Position numbers and translations under genes: made by a program. The notes below the pieces were generated by a model. That model had not been told where the DNA came from, made no database searches, and worked only from the letters and a program-made list of their open reading frames with translations. DNA of 64,000 bases from Psammoneis japonica. Its lineage: Eukaryota. The number at the start of each line of letters is the position of its first letter. Positions within the stretch are counted from its first letter, which is position 1. Of this stretch, positions 38,701 to 50,690 are shown piece after piece. The DNA is taken from the NCBI GenBank assembly GCA_008632985.1, contig QPGO01000113.1:2947-66946 (forward strand), read 5' to 3'.

Positions 38701-41354
38701 TGCTCAAGGTGCTCGCCTCGGCATGGACTTGGCACTAGAAATGCTCGGTGGCCTTCAAAAATTTGGGCGAATGGACCTATTCAGGGTGAGCTAGGCGCCC
38801 ATTCTTTGTAATTGTTTTGTATTGATATCTCCAATTTCGTTAATTGGTTCCTAATGGCTAACCTGCATTCTGTAACAGAAATTCTTTGTCTCTATCTGCG
38901 AGTTTAGTGGGCTTCTTAACAACTACTCAAACGATGCGGTCGTTCGGACGTGGTCTTTCGTAAACTCCGTAGAAGCACAGTCTGCCGTTATTGTAGCAAT
39001 CCAGATTGCAAAGACGGCTGGTGCTGACATTGGTCTTGAAGGTTGGAAATGTGTCTGGGGTATGATGTTCGAGCTTCGCGACTTGAAACTGCTTGCCGGT
39101 AGATCTGTAAACGCGAAGCATGGTATTCTCGTTGAGAGTGAGCCAGATCTACTCAACAGCAATGCGCGGCGAGATTGGACCCTGCGGGTTGTCAAAGGTG
39201 GGTGGGACGACGGTGATACGAAAAGGTCCAAAGGACAAAAGAAAGGCCTTCTTGCTTCGCTTTTCGGGTCTCAGGAGGACACAAGTGAAAACGATGGCAC
39301 CAGCAAAACACGCTCTTCACGCGGGGCCAACGCCATGGTCCACACGTTGCACGGAAAAGAGGAACTCGTTATCTGGGACGATCTCGCTCTCAGTGACAAT
39401 GAAGACGATGTCGATGCTCCTCGAAGTGGTCAAGACGAGAATGAAGATTCATATTTAGATACTGATATCGATCAGTATGCAGCCGCGCCATACGGGAGTG
39501 CTGGAGCTGCCTTTGAAAGCCAGCTAATTCACGAAGATTTCTTGGTTTACCACCAAGAGATCACCCCCGTAACAGGGCTCGAAAGGGTTGAAGATACTCA
39601 ACAGTACCAGATTTCTCCTCGTGCCAGAGTGAGAAAACGCCTGGCTCGTACATGCGACTTCTCTGGACTTGTCTCGGAGAGTCGATTCATGGATTTGGAA
39701 GGGATTCGATGTTTGTTGGCTGCTCTCGTTGAAATGGTTGAATCACAGGATCGTCAGAGCATGTCCGGCGAGACTACGGGCGATGCTTGTGCCGTGGCGG
39801 AAGGAGCGGAGACGGAGGGCGCGGAGACCGGTGTCTCGAACTCAGCAAAGACGAGCACAATTGCATCCTTGAATGCAATACCAATTAGCCCAGCGTCAGA
39901 GGCACTTGCAGAAATTTTGATATGCGAAATAGCTTTGAAGAATCGAGACCGTCTTGGAATGCTGTGGCGGGCGATGCTGCATGATCATTATGTTCGAAGG
40001 CTTAGCAGCAAAGACCCCGACAGCAGTCTTGCAATTGAGAAAGTATCGGTAGTGCCGAGTCCTGGACTTGAGAAATGCGTCACTGGAATGCTAAGGATCT
40101 GCGCGTGTGCCGTGCTTCGAGAAGAGGTCGCCAACGATGTGATCTCGTCCTTGAAGATTTTCGCGCGCACAGAAGAAAAGCATATTCTCGTGCTCCAGCA
40201 TCTCCACAAACATGTTGGAGAGGGTTTATGGCGGATTTGCCGGAATGCGGAAGGGTTAAAGTACCTGGACTCGGATGGATGGGAAGGAATACTCGTTATC
40301 GCCGAATGGTGCGCTTGGAGAGATGGTGATACCATGCATACTCCACCTGGTCTTGCGGAAGACGACCCGGCGCTGCAAGCCTTCCGATCCCTGCATCTGA
40401 TGCTTCATTCACCTGATCTACAAGACGTTATCCCCTTCACTGTTAGAGTGGCTGGCACAATTCGTGCATTGCTCGTTGCGGGCGAAAAAAGGCAGTGTCC
40501 GAAGCTTAGCATTGCTGGACTTGATCTGCTTCAGTTGGTTCACTTACGGATTGAGGCTCTAATTGCTCAGGCCTCTGCGAATAAAACGGACGAGGGTGAT
40601 GCCGGCGAAGTGGGTCACTGGATAGCATGCTGGATACCTGTGCTAGAGGGAATGGCTGAGGCCGCAGAGTATAGCAGATACTTGGTGAGTTCTAACGAGT
40701 TTTCTTCGTGTGGTTTGTATCCCTACGCCAAGCCTGCGTCTAACATCCTGTTGCCGATGGCTTCATCAGACTGTGCGCGAGCATGCTCTATCATTATTGA
40801 CAGATGCTTTCATCGACAAGCATGGGAGGACCGTTCCGGCAGAGCAGCTTTGTGACATTCTTCAGCGCATCTGTATTCCGCTTGCTGGGAAGCGGCTAGT
40901 CCATGTGTTTGAAGGAGATTCACCGAAAGGCGGACCTGAGGAAATGCTCACGGAGTTTGAACTTTGCATCGGCCTTTTATTCAAACCATTGCTTCACCAT
41001 TTGAAGAGCATTATTATAGCAGAAGCGGATATTGCGTCAGTCTGGAGGCCGATTCTCGTCATTATGGAGCAATTATTTGATGAGGATGATGACGGAGAAG
41101 ACAATTCTTCAGAACGCGACAAAGAAGCGATAGCGAAAGTGACTCTGTCGGCGAGGGAACTTGCGTGCGAACATCTTCGGAATGCTGTCATGGTCCTTAT
41201 CGCGTCCGGTGTGCTTGACAGCGAGAGCGATAAAAGCGACGACATAAGCGGCATCACTTGGACTTCCCTGGAAAAGATGAAACTTGGAACTGAAGTGATA
41301 AGTGAGTGGAAGCGTCCGACGTTGGAGACGCATTCGGCTGAACCCGAAGCGTAG
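35735..41354 (+). CDS. Large Sec7-domain ARF guanine-nucleotide exchange factor (GBF1/GNOM-like); introns 38786-38878 and 40685-40769
   Basis: Sec7 motifs FRLPGEAQQIDRI and SFSIIMLNTDQHN; N-terminal CKFEQTD; LYDC; ALKNRDRL; introns join three ORFs in frame. Confidence 0.92.
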
Positions 41355-41483
41355 TCAACAGGAAAAGAATAACCATAAAATAGGCGTAAACATTGCTCTA
41401 GTAATGTCATTATGTATCTAAGCCATGAAGTCTGTCGTCCATGACCGGTGGATCGTTAGATCCTAATTTGGACGGTCGCCTAC

Positions 41484-42671
41484 TTATCGCGAGCTCTTGC
41501 TTCCCAAAACTTGGAAGAATGATCCGAAACGCTCTCCGGACGCTTTGGTTACCAACCCACCAATTTTGCTCATTATGTCCCCAGGTGATCTTCCCACACG
41601 GCCTGCATCTCTGGCTGCAGCCTCCTGTTTGTCAAATTGCGGATAAACAACAGGGAAGAATGGCGACTTGAGCGGTTCACCATCTTGCAAACCATGTTTT
41701 CCCAGGTCAGACAACACGCCACCGCTTCCTCGCTTGTCATGATACTTGGAACCTGCTTTCGCCACTGTTCCTCCAAGAACTCTTCGGTAGGTGGTCCAGA
41801 TCCCATCAGAAGGGCCGTCGACCTTGTGGATAGTACGAGGATGCCACACGAGCATGTCGCCGGGCATAGTTCTAAACTCTAGCAGCCTGTCTTTGTACTC
41901 TTCCAAGCCTTCTTGTTCGATATCCACAAATACGGCTTGATCATCAACGACATCATTTCTGTGCGAGCCCTTAAGATACACGGGAGCGCCGTAGTCTTTC
42001 GGGGTTTCATCCATTGTAATCCAGAAACGAATTCCCTCGTCCCATGAAATTGGTCCGTTCTGGTTGTCTTGGTGCCACTTGAAGCCCTTGTTGGGATTCA
42101 CCATGAGAAGATCCGTGGATACTCGGATCTCATCCGTTTTCCCCAGCTGCGAGAGAACACTTCCCATTGCCGAGTGGTAGTAAAAACTGGCAAAGGCACG
42201 GTTAGTCTGCCAAACATTTCGCTGAATGTAGTCATAGAGCTTTGACGCAGTGCCAGCAAACGCCCAGAAATGCGGTTCGTCAACCTGGCGGCCGGTAGCT
42301 TTCCGAAGGTAGTCAACCCATTCATCGTCGAAAACATTCTTGATATGAACGACTCCGTCCTCCTCGAGCGTCCGAATCTGTTCCTCCGTAATTTCAAAGG
42401 TTTCGGGGAGTGTCTCGTCTCTGACAATGCCGTGCGGGAGCTTGAGACCAGGATCCTGAAGACCAAAGTTGTATTCCCACAATGCGGGCTCTTTTAAAAT
42501 CTTTTCACGCTTCAAGGGCTGAGAAGAAGCAACGCCAGTACCTGCATCGGCTTCTGTTGTCCTCGACGACAACCTCATTGCAGTTCTAGGTGTTGTAATC
42601 GGTGCAAGCGGCGAGAACGCTTCTGTTCCCGCAACAAGTGCGAGGGTCGCAACAGCAGAAAGATGCACCAT
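41484..42671 (-). CDS. Phytanoyl-CoA dioxygenase (PhyH)-like Fe(II)/2OG oxygenase, probably plastid-targeted
   Basis: WHQD, LKGSH, PGDMLVWHPRTIH motifs; signal peptide ending TEA-F. Confidence 0.85.
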   Translation of the reverse strand: MVHLSAVATLALVAGTEAFSPLAPITTPRTAMRLSSRTTEADAGTGVASSQPLKREKILKEPALWEYNFGLQDPGLKLPHGIVRDETLPETFEITEEQIRTLEEDGVVHIKNVFDDEWVDYLRKATGRQVDEPHFWAFAGTASKLYDYIQRNVWQTNRAFASFYYHSAMGSVLSQLGKTDEIRVSTDLLMVNPNKGFKWHQDNQNGPISWDEGIRFWITMDETPKDYGAPVYLKGSHRNDVVDDQAVFVDIEQEGLEEYKDRLLEFRTMPGDMLVWHPRTIHKVDGPSDGIWTTYRRVLGGTVAKAGSKYHDKRGSGGVLSDLGKHGLQDGEPLKSPFFPVVYPQFDKQEAAARDAGRVGRSPGDIMSKIGGLVTKASGERFGSFFQVLGSKSSR

Positions 42672-43347
42672 TGTAGCAATATCTAAAAATTAAAAGCGGA
42701 GACTTTCGCAAAGATTACAGTAATCAGAGAAAAGAAATGGGCTGGGAGTTGAATGTTCGCATTTGTTGCACCACTGCAGTGGTGGCAGAACGATAGATGC
42801 CGACGCCAGCAAACCAAATCGTCGAAGTTGACAGCTTGGTCGGGAGATGACGTAATTTTTGTACGCGAAACACCGTGGAAGCAGGACCAAAGTGGTTGAA
42901 TTTCGAAATTTGAAGATCGCTCAAAATCAAAACCCGGAAGTTGAAGTGCACTCCGTATCCTCTCGATGACATTGAGCTCGTGCACGCACAAGTAACAATC
43001 TTGTGGATCAGACACGCTTACACGGACGGACTACCGTAATTCTGGTCGAGTGAGTCAATCGAAAACCAGTTCCTTGGCGGCATGCATGGCGCCAAATTCA
43101 AAATGGGTTGGCGCGCCCAAAGGCCCTATTTGTTTGGCATCGTTTGGCTTGGACGGCAGGTTCGGCTATATTGGCTGTCGCAGATACTCTCTTCACCATA
43201 CAGTAGAGAAATAGCGCGTGCTCCCTCGTTTCTGTCTAACTGTTATTGCTTATCATCCACATCTAATTGACTCTAGATGCTGAAACGGATAGAAGTCGTT
43301 GGCATCACACCGGAGCTTCTCAACAGACGCGCGTTTAGGAGTTAGGC

Positions 43348-45067
43348 CTAGTTGACTTTTTCTTTACCCAAACTAATTGGCTTCTCCTCCTTGTTCTCAT
43401 CATACGAATACCCATATTCATTTGTTCGGGACTTGTCCACGCGGTATACCCATGCTTGCGCAAGAAACATAAAGAAGACCACGTCGTCTCGCAAGGTCAT
43501 GATTCGATGCTTCCATGGCATGTCAATCAAGAAAGCAAAGACATCATCAACAAAAGTGTTGAAAATTTTGTACACAAACACTTTCCAGGGTAAGTGGGCG
43601 ACCGACTTGAGCCGATAGTTGACGTAAAGCTGCGGACACAAGCCAATGAAACCAAAGGTGTACACTCCGTTGGCAAGATTCGAAATCAGCCATGAGTACC
43701 ATGATGTATATGTGTAATGCTGCAGCGCATAGAGGGCCCAGCCAATCAACAGAGGAGATAGAAACAATAGCATATGCGAAGTTGCTATTCGATCGAACAG
43801 AGCAGTTTCGTCGTCGGCAGGATTGCTGTGTCTCCCGTGTATCCTGATAAAGGGAAACGTTGAAGTCCAGGTTGGTGAAAGAACATTCCAAACTTTCCAC
43901 GCTTCAACGGAAACATTGCTAAAAATACTGAGCAGCACAATCCAGCTTGTACCCCCACCATCAAGGAGGTAAAGAAAAATGATGAAACTTGAAATGAGGC
44001 GCGATACAATGCTTGAAACCGAAACACCGATTCGATCTTTCTTTCGTCGATAGAACCGAACCTCGTCACGAAACGCAAGGTAGTCTAGCCACACGTGAAC
44101 GAACGATATCACTTGAGTGAGTAGGAAACGATACAAGCGTTCATCTCGAAGCCAGTATCGGAACTCATCCAGTTCGCTGCCCTCCAGCAAAGACTCTGCC
44201 GCTGATAATGCCATTGTCACTTGTTGGTTGATAACATCTCGAATAGGCGTCACTGTGCTGAATTGAATTCTCAAAACTACGGGTGGCTTGTCCATCATTT
44301 CGGACGGTGGAGCAATCTCTCGAAACGCTGAACGCTCTAGAGCATTGTCGTCAACATACACGGTCGGATAGTATGCGGAAGCATTCCACGGCACCGCACG
44401 GATCGGAATGCCGTCTCCACGAAAAAATGGAGGCCCACCATAGGCAGCCGTGTCTGCGACGAACCGTAAGAGCAGTGGCTGTGATCCATAATATCTCAGA
44501 TAAGGGACGTATTTTGCGTTTTTTTCAGTCTGCTCGAGTTCTCTCGCTTCTGTAGTAGATGATTCCAAAAGCCTTCTTGGTGAGGATGGCTCTGAGTTCC
44601 ACCGTGACTCGGTCTTTGTCACTATTTTTGTAAGTGACACTGGAACATCCGCAATAACTGGGCCGATAATTTCGTTTTGTATCAGTCGAAATAGAACTTT
44701 GCCTGTAAAGACCCGCCTTTTTCCAGACTCCCATCATCAGACCATCTTCGCCGTGCTGCTTCTGTATGTTAAACGTACAATTCTGACTGATGGTGACTTC
44801 GGTTGGTAACAGGCTTGAAGCTGGTAGAGAAAAGTTCAAATGACACGTCTGGATAGGAGTCCATGCTGTTTCGTAAAGATAAAGCAGCATTGACACATTG
44901 TCGCCGACAGACACCAATGGGTGGACGCATTGATGCTGATGTCGTCGCCCCGATCCATTATTATGACACGGTCGCAATGGTAGGGCCGACTGTCGCAACG
45001 AGTACCAAGTCACCACGATATATGTAAAGAGAAGTATGAGAGGCAACGGTGGTCGTTGCAATCGCAT
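43348..45067 (-). CDS. CLPTM1-family membrane protein (at least one intron near 44700-44800; start tentative)
   Basis: DYLAFRDEVRFY, YTFGFIGLCPQLYVNYRLKSVAHLPWK, YKIFNTFVDDVFAF, YRVDKSRTNEYG. Confidence 0.88.
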
Positions 45068-45418
45068 TCTTTTATTTCTTCTTGTCGAAAAACAGCTGTG
45101 ATGTGTTATTATTTTGAGACGATCGGAATTGGCTTTATAGCGGCTGCGCTGATGTGCGAGCTGCGGGCGCTGCGGGCGGGTTTTGATGTCTTGCCGACTT
45201 CCAGCCAGATTCCACACTTCTGTATCTCAAACCACACATCAGTTCATCAGCCGTCGGGATGACAAAACATTTGTTTGCATTTGCTCTACCGTTGGCTATC
45301 CATTCTTTGTTATGCAGTACCACAACTTATAAACACGATCAAAAGAATAGCAGTGACAACTGACAACCCTCTTTCATCGCAACCACCAGTTCACCGTTCT
45401 TTAACGTCGTCGAAAAAA

Positions 45419-48178
45419 ATGGATTTTATTGCTAGGCATGGCCGCTTCATTTCCTTTACGGTATTCTTGCTACTATGGCTGCCGTTTCACCAATCAGATG
45501 TTCCGTTTGCAGCAGCCTGGGTCGGAAACTACAAGCTAAACAGCATTATACGCCGACAGCAACCGCGAGAGCACCGCAAAGACATGTCGCGGGCGTTGCC
45601 TGTTCCATCATCTCATGGTGGACTTGGCGCATCTGTGTCTAAAATTAGTGACCAATTAGGAGACAAGAGCTACTTGACAACATTGTTGAATAGCAATGGG
45701 TACAGTGGTCGAATCCAAAGATTATCCCTAGACGCTTTGCCAGTTCTGGCTGAAACTTACCAACACGGGCAGTGGGAGCTATGTCTGGTGACTGGTTTTC
45801 AGCCATCAAGTAAGAACGATGAATGGACGACGCCGCGGATAAAAGTACAGCTAGCATCAAATACTACTACTCAGGATGAAAGAGTAGTAGATGTGGGACA
45901 GCTCACGACGATATGGGACAACATGTCTCCAATAACGCAGCAGCATCAGCTGTCACTACTGAATTCTTGGCAAAACCGAGTGGAACGTGAAGTCAACAAG
46001 TTCCCAGTCCAACATGGGGAGAGGGCTATGCAGCGCTTGTATCAAAGTCGCGTCGGATTACCACGCAAGTCATCGTCCAAAACGGGTCTCACAAAGAAAC
46101 AAATAAATAAACTTGTGGATGGGACGCCTAATTGCGAGAGTCGTCGTCAACTCACAGAGAGCGTCTTGCGCAAGGTCGTCAAGGCCGGAGTAGGCTTTTC
46201 CCGGCTTGCTGATTCTGGTAGCTCTATGGATTATCTATACAACGATTACCCGACAAACGAGAAGGATTTGCTTCTAAGGCGGATGGTGGGAGCCTATGTG
46301 TTGTCTCGTGATGCTGAGCTTGGTGGCCGATTCAAGCGAATGCCCTGCACCTTTGTGTCAGCACAATTGTGTGACCAAAATAACACAGTCGAGAGCATAA
46401 CGTTGGTGAATGGAGGTTGGCTAGCTGTTGACCGGAGCGTTCGTGCAGGAACAGAAGCACGCAAGTTTGTTCATCGTTCAGAGTCAAACAACGTCTCTCG
46501 TGTTGACGCGAACGACACTCGTGTGCAGCTCATTACCGTAGCAGACGAAAGAATCGCACAGAGACTTGAATGCCTTGCCATGGGGCAGCTCTTTTCCTGG
46601 AATAGCAATGCTGGTGGAAAAGGAGACGACTGGGAACAAAACTTGGAAATTGACGTTAGAGAAACTCTAAAGGCGATGAAGTTGCCCACAACACCCGAAG
46701 GAGCACAGCAAGCTCTACTGAAAATTGGTCGGTGGTCGCAAAAGCCTGATGCCGTTCGACTCGAACCGTGGTCGCAGTCAACTCTTGATGCAGCTCGTTG
46801 GTTTGCTGATATGGACAAAAAGAGAAGACGCTTCCTTTGCGATAGCATCGAAACTGCACGGAGCACCGAAAGCAAATGCGGAAACGCGGAGAATCGAACA
46901 GATCTGACCTTCCTACCGTGTGTCTGTGTTGACGCCAAGCGCACATCCTTCCGAGACGATGCCATTGGTGTGAGACCTCGAAGCATCACTGGGAGGAAAG
47001 TAATCCCCGACGCGTCCAAATACGAAATCTTGGTTCACATTGCAGATGTGTCAGATATATACGCCCCCAGTCCGCAGCAGACCGACAACGGCAAAGCATT
47101 TCGTCTTTTGAGGGAGGCTGCAGAAAAGAGGGGCACTAGTCGATATGACCTTCCACTTGGACCATTGCATCTCATGCCACCCATCGCATTAAACGCTTTG
47201 TCATTGGATACTATTAACATTGATATGACGGGGGCAGAAGTAGGCGACGGGGAAAATGTTGGTGCCAATCGTTGCGTGACTATGTGGGCATATATCGACG
47301 AAAGATCGGGAAAAATTATCGATGCTGGTTTCGAGAGATCGCTTGTTTCAAATCCCTTGGCGCTGTCTTTTGCTGATGCATCAGAACTATTAGAAGGTAA
47401 TGTGTCGAACCGCAGAAGGTTGCTTGATCAGGATGGCACCCTGAGAAAAGTGAAGGCAATATTGGCCGTCGTAGAACGAAATCTTCTTCTGTGGTCTGCA
47501 GACCGTCGCAGGAATGACGAAGCAGCTCGAAAGCGAGAAGCACGGTTTGCTGTCAAAGAACTTGTGGCGAAGGAAATGAAGGGTGGTCGAAACATTCGAG
47601 ACGATGGTCGTGACGGCTTCCAGCGAACTCGAGGACATAAGATAGTAGATGCTGCTTTGGAGCTCTACGGGCACGGTGTAATAAGCCTGCTTCGTCGTGC
47701 CGGAGCCCCCCTTCCTAGCAGCGGCGCGTCCCGCGGAGCGAGGGTGGCAACTGCACCCCTCCGTCGCTACATTGATGGTGTAGCTCAAAGGCAAACGCTC
47801 TCTGTGCTATGTCGCTACGGTGGTCGTCCACTGACAAGAAACGAATGTAAACAAGCCAGAAGTATTGCAGATCGGGCAGACAAGGCGGTGTCAAACATTC
47901 GCGCTATAAAACAAGGAAGCAGCATTGTTGGAATCAATCAAGGTCGCCAACAACAAGCCCTAAGATTGCTACAGGCAGAATTGGCAGGCAGGAATCGACC
48001 GATTCCTGCAATAAGCACAGGAAGAGAAAATGAAGTTGCTATTGTTGGTGTCGGGGCTGTCGCAAAATGTAGGGGTGTGAAAGGGTCGTTATCACCTGGA
48101 AAACAGATACTAGTTAATGTGCGGAAGCTCGATGCCCAGAAAGGAATATTGTCGGTCACATTGGCAAGAGATAGCTAG
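45419..48178 (+). CDS. RNB-domain (RNase II/R-like) exoribonuclease, probably organelle-targeted
   Basis: CVDAKRTSFRDDAIGV, ILVHIADV, RGTSRYDLP, ATAPLRRYID; hydrophobic N-terminus followed by AAW. Confidence 0.82.
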   Translation: MDFIARHGRFISFTVFLLLWLPFHQSDVPFAAAWVGNYKLNSIIRRQQPREHRKDMSRALPVPSSHGGLGASVSKISDQLGDKSYLTTLLNSNGYSGRIQRLSLDALPVLAETYQHGQWELCLVTGFQPSSKNDEWTTPRIKVQLASNTTTQDERVVDVGQLTTIWDNMSPITQQHQLSLLNSWQNRVEREVNKFPVQHGERAMQRLYQSRVGLPRKSSSKTGLTKKQINKLVDGTPNCESRRQLTESVLRKVVKAGVGFSRLADSGSSMDYLYNDYPTNEKDLLLRRMVGAYVLSRDAELGGRFKRMPCTFVSAQLCDQNNTVESITLVNGGWLAVDRSVRAGTEARKFVHRSESNNVSRVDANDTRVQLITVADERIAQRLECLAMGQLFSWNSNAGGKGDDWEQNLEIDVRETLKAMKLPTTPEGAQQALLKIGRWSQKPDAVRLEPWSQSTLDAARWFADMDKKRRRFLCDSIETARSTESKCGNAENRTDLTFLPCVCVDAKRTSFRDDAIGVRPRSITGRKVIPDASKYEILVHIADVSDIYAPSPQQTDNGKAFRLLREAAEKRGTSRYDLPLGPLHLMPPIALNALSLDTINIDMTGAEVGDGENVGANRCVTMWAYIDERSGKIIDAGFERSLVSNPLALSFADASELLEGNVSNRRRLLDQDGTLRKVKAILAVVERNLLLWSADRRRNDEAARKREARFAVKELVAKEMKGGRNIRDDGRDGFQRTRGHKIVDAALELYGHGVISLLRRAGAPLPSSGASRGARVATAPLRRYIDGVAQRQTLSVLCRYGGRPLTRNECKQARSIADRADKAVSNIRAIKQGSSIVGINQGRQQQALRLLQAELAGRNRPIPAISTGRENEVAIVGVGAVAKCRGVKGSLSPGKQILVNVRKLDAQKGILSVTLARDS

Positions 48179-48477
48179 ACGAGGCATGCTGAATACATAT
48201 TCGCTGGACATGTCGAGTACAAGAAGTCGTTCTCATGTCCTGGTATGGAATGGACACTGTGTGCATGATAGAGGGTTTGTTAAACATTGTTCGGTTGCAC
48301 CAGTAATAGCCATTCGCGTTCACGCTAAGGTTACTAGCGTGGCAAGATACATTTTTGCTGTCATGCATAGGACTATCATTCTAAGTGCTCAAAAACTTTC
48401 GCAATGCTTCTATTTCTACGCATCGTCTAAGTTCTCCCTGTATTCGTGTACGCCTGTATTCAAATCACTGGGAATCA

Positions 48478-48680
48478 TCTACTCTCTCTCTACTCTCTAC
48501 GGTAGCTACTAGCTAGAGAGTACTCTAGTAGTAGAGTACTGTAGTAGTAGCTACTCTCACTACTAGAGCTAGAGCTCTACTCTAGTAGTAGTAGAGACTA
48601 GAGTAGCTCTACTCTACTCTCTAGCAGGGGCTACTAGCTAGAGTAGCTCTACAGTAGAGAGGAGTAGATAGAGAGACTAT
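48478..48680. repeat. Low-complexity TAG/CTA/GAG tract
   Basis: ctactagctagagagtactctagtagtagagtactgtagtagtagctac...; very TA-dense, essentially no AA/TT. Confidence 0.85.
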
Positions 48681-48849
48681 AATCTAAAATCGAAATCGCA
48701 CATTTCTAATGCTGAGCACGAGCTACGAGTTCCATTTTTTCCTGATGAGCAGACACACGCGCCACCAGCCATCACGATGATGATTATTCGCGGTGCGACC
48801 TGTCTGCAATGGATAGCTAACTCTACCTGTACACCGATGAACGTTGCAC

Positions 48850-49314
48850 ATGACAAACAGAATGGACGAAGTTGACCGAGTTGCAAACCGAGTGTCTTTG
48901 GCGGCCATAGCAGGACTCATTTCTGGAGCTTCATACGCAACTTATCGGGGTGCGCCGGTTTTGCGCACCGCCATGTCCGTGGCTGGTTCTTGCGCTCTGC
49001 TTGGAACTGCTTGTTTTGGGACGGAGAGGCTTGCAAACGTTGCACTGAAACAAGTGATACCTCATGATGATAAGAAGAAACGTGATAGATTATTTTTTAC
49101 TTCGCATGCAATTGGCGGTCTCGCTGGGGGAGGCATTGCGGGCGGACTATTTCACAGACACCCGGTCCCCGGCATGTTGTTGTTTGCACCAGTTATGCTG
49201 ACAGTGGCATGGGCTGAACTTCAATTTGAAGAAGAGAGAGTAAAGCGTATTCAAAGAGCCATAGAGGAACGGGAAGCTGCACTCGAAGACTATGGAGTGG
49301 ATAGCAATGATTGA
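48850..49314 (+). CDS. Small multi-pass membrane protein, possibly Tim17/Tim22/Tim23-like
   Basis: Gly/Ala-rich hydrophobic helices with GxxxG motifs (AIGGLAGGGIAGG) and a charged C-terminal tail. Confidence 0.6.
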   Translation: MTNRMDEVDRVANRVSLAAIAGLISGASYATYRGAPVLRTAMSVAGSCALLGTACFGTERLANVALKQVIPHDDKKKRDRLFFTSHAIGGLAGGGIAGGLFHRHPVPGMLLFAPVMLTVAWAELQFEEERVKRIQRAIEEREAALEDYGVDSND

Positions 49315-50690
49315 CGGAAGTACAAGTCGACATACCGGTAGAACGGGTCTCCTAGTTGAAACGAAGTTTTGGGTCTCTTTTTGCAGGACTCACATAGTGG
49401 TATTAGTTTGAACATAACAGGAGCCTAGCGATCTCTTCCTGTTATTTCATTGTTGATGACGATTGTATGGGACGAATCCGAGAATCGCAATGACTTCTAG
49501 ATTTCTCAATAAACCAAAGAATGATGAGTGAAACTATCGGCCCGAGAGCGCACAGGTTCACCGCAATACGAAGGTCTGGATAGCCCTACCGTATTGCTCT
49601 ATTCGTTTTTCGAGTTATGTTTCTTTTCTCTCACCGTATGAACCGAAGCAAAATTCGTCCATAGGCGTTTGTGGTAGCTGTCCATATTCTCTGTTCATCA
49701 CAATCACTACTGCAAAGTGTCTACAGCCCGAGGAATCATGCGCTTTGATCTCCATAGATGACAAAGCTATTGACTCCAACAAAAGTCGTGGTCTTGCGTT
49801 TTACAATTCCAGAATCATTAAATTTTCATGAGTATTTAAGATACAGATTGTGCTCACTAGAGGGCCTGCCGGTACAGGCCTTACTGCGGCATTCGGGAAA
49901 ATGCCACCAATGGATTACGACGTTACTCTCAAGGTCTACAGAGTATGACAGATTCCGAGATGACAGAACTTTAATGTTGATCCTGCTTTTGCAACACCTG
50001 GCAACCACAGTCCTAAATGGCCATAAAACCCTCAAGCAACAGTCACAACCCACGTGTTATCAGCCGCAGCCCATGCAATACTAGCCAAAACCCGTTCTGG
50101 GTCAGGATATTTTTTTCTCTGTTTGCGTAGTCCATGCGCGAGATCCCCGTAATCCGATGAGTGGAAGCTTGCCGCGGTATTCAGTGCAACTGCCATCACT
50201 CTTCATCGTCACATCAAGGGCATTCGTCTCTTTTTCCATGAAGAAATTGTTGTATCCCTGCAGGATGCTCAAACTGTCATGATCTTTAAGAAATTTTTAG
50301 TGTTTGGAGAAAGGATAAAAATTGTGTTGTTCACAGATTGTTCCTTTCGGTGTGTCAACCATTGGCGCCTTTTCCGCTGATTTTGCCACGAGCGAAAAGT
50401 GAAAGTGGCGCGACCTTGCTAATATTCATATTTAGCTCTGCATATAAAATACATTTTTTTGAATGTTCATGCCGTATACCGGGTACCGGTACATACAGTA
50501 CGAACGATCGACAGACTTGATGATGAGAGCCACTAAAAAAAAAGGCGGGAAATCAACATCAAAAACAGCAATTTCGTTAGTTGTAAGTCTGAAGTCCGAA
50601 GCCACTCTCATCAGTTACGCTGCTACTGGGCAACCAGCTTCTAGCTAGAGATTTGTTTGGTCAAAGGACTTGAGCCGCTTCGTCTAAACC

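Noticed and set aside
41484..42671. 2OG dioxygenase as the DNA-modifying enzyme (AlkB/TET-like) behind the signature
   Set aside because: Motifs are PhyH-like and it carries a plastid-type targeting signal; nothing links it to nuclear DNA.
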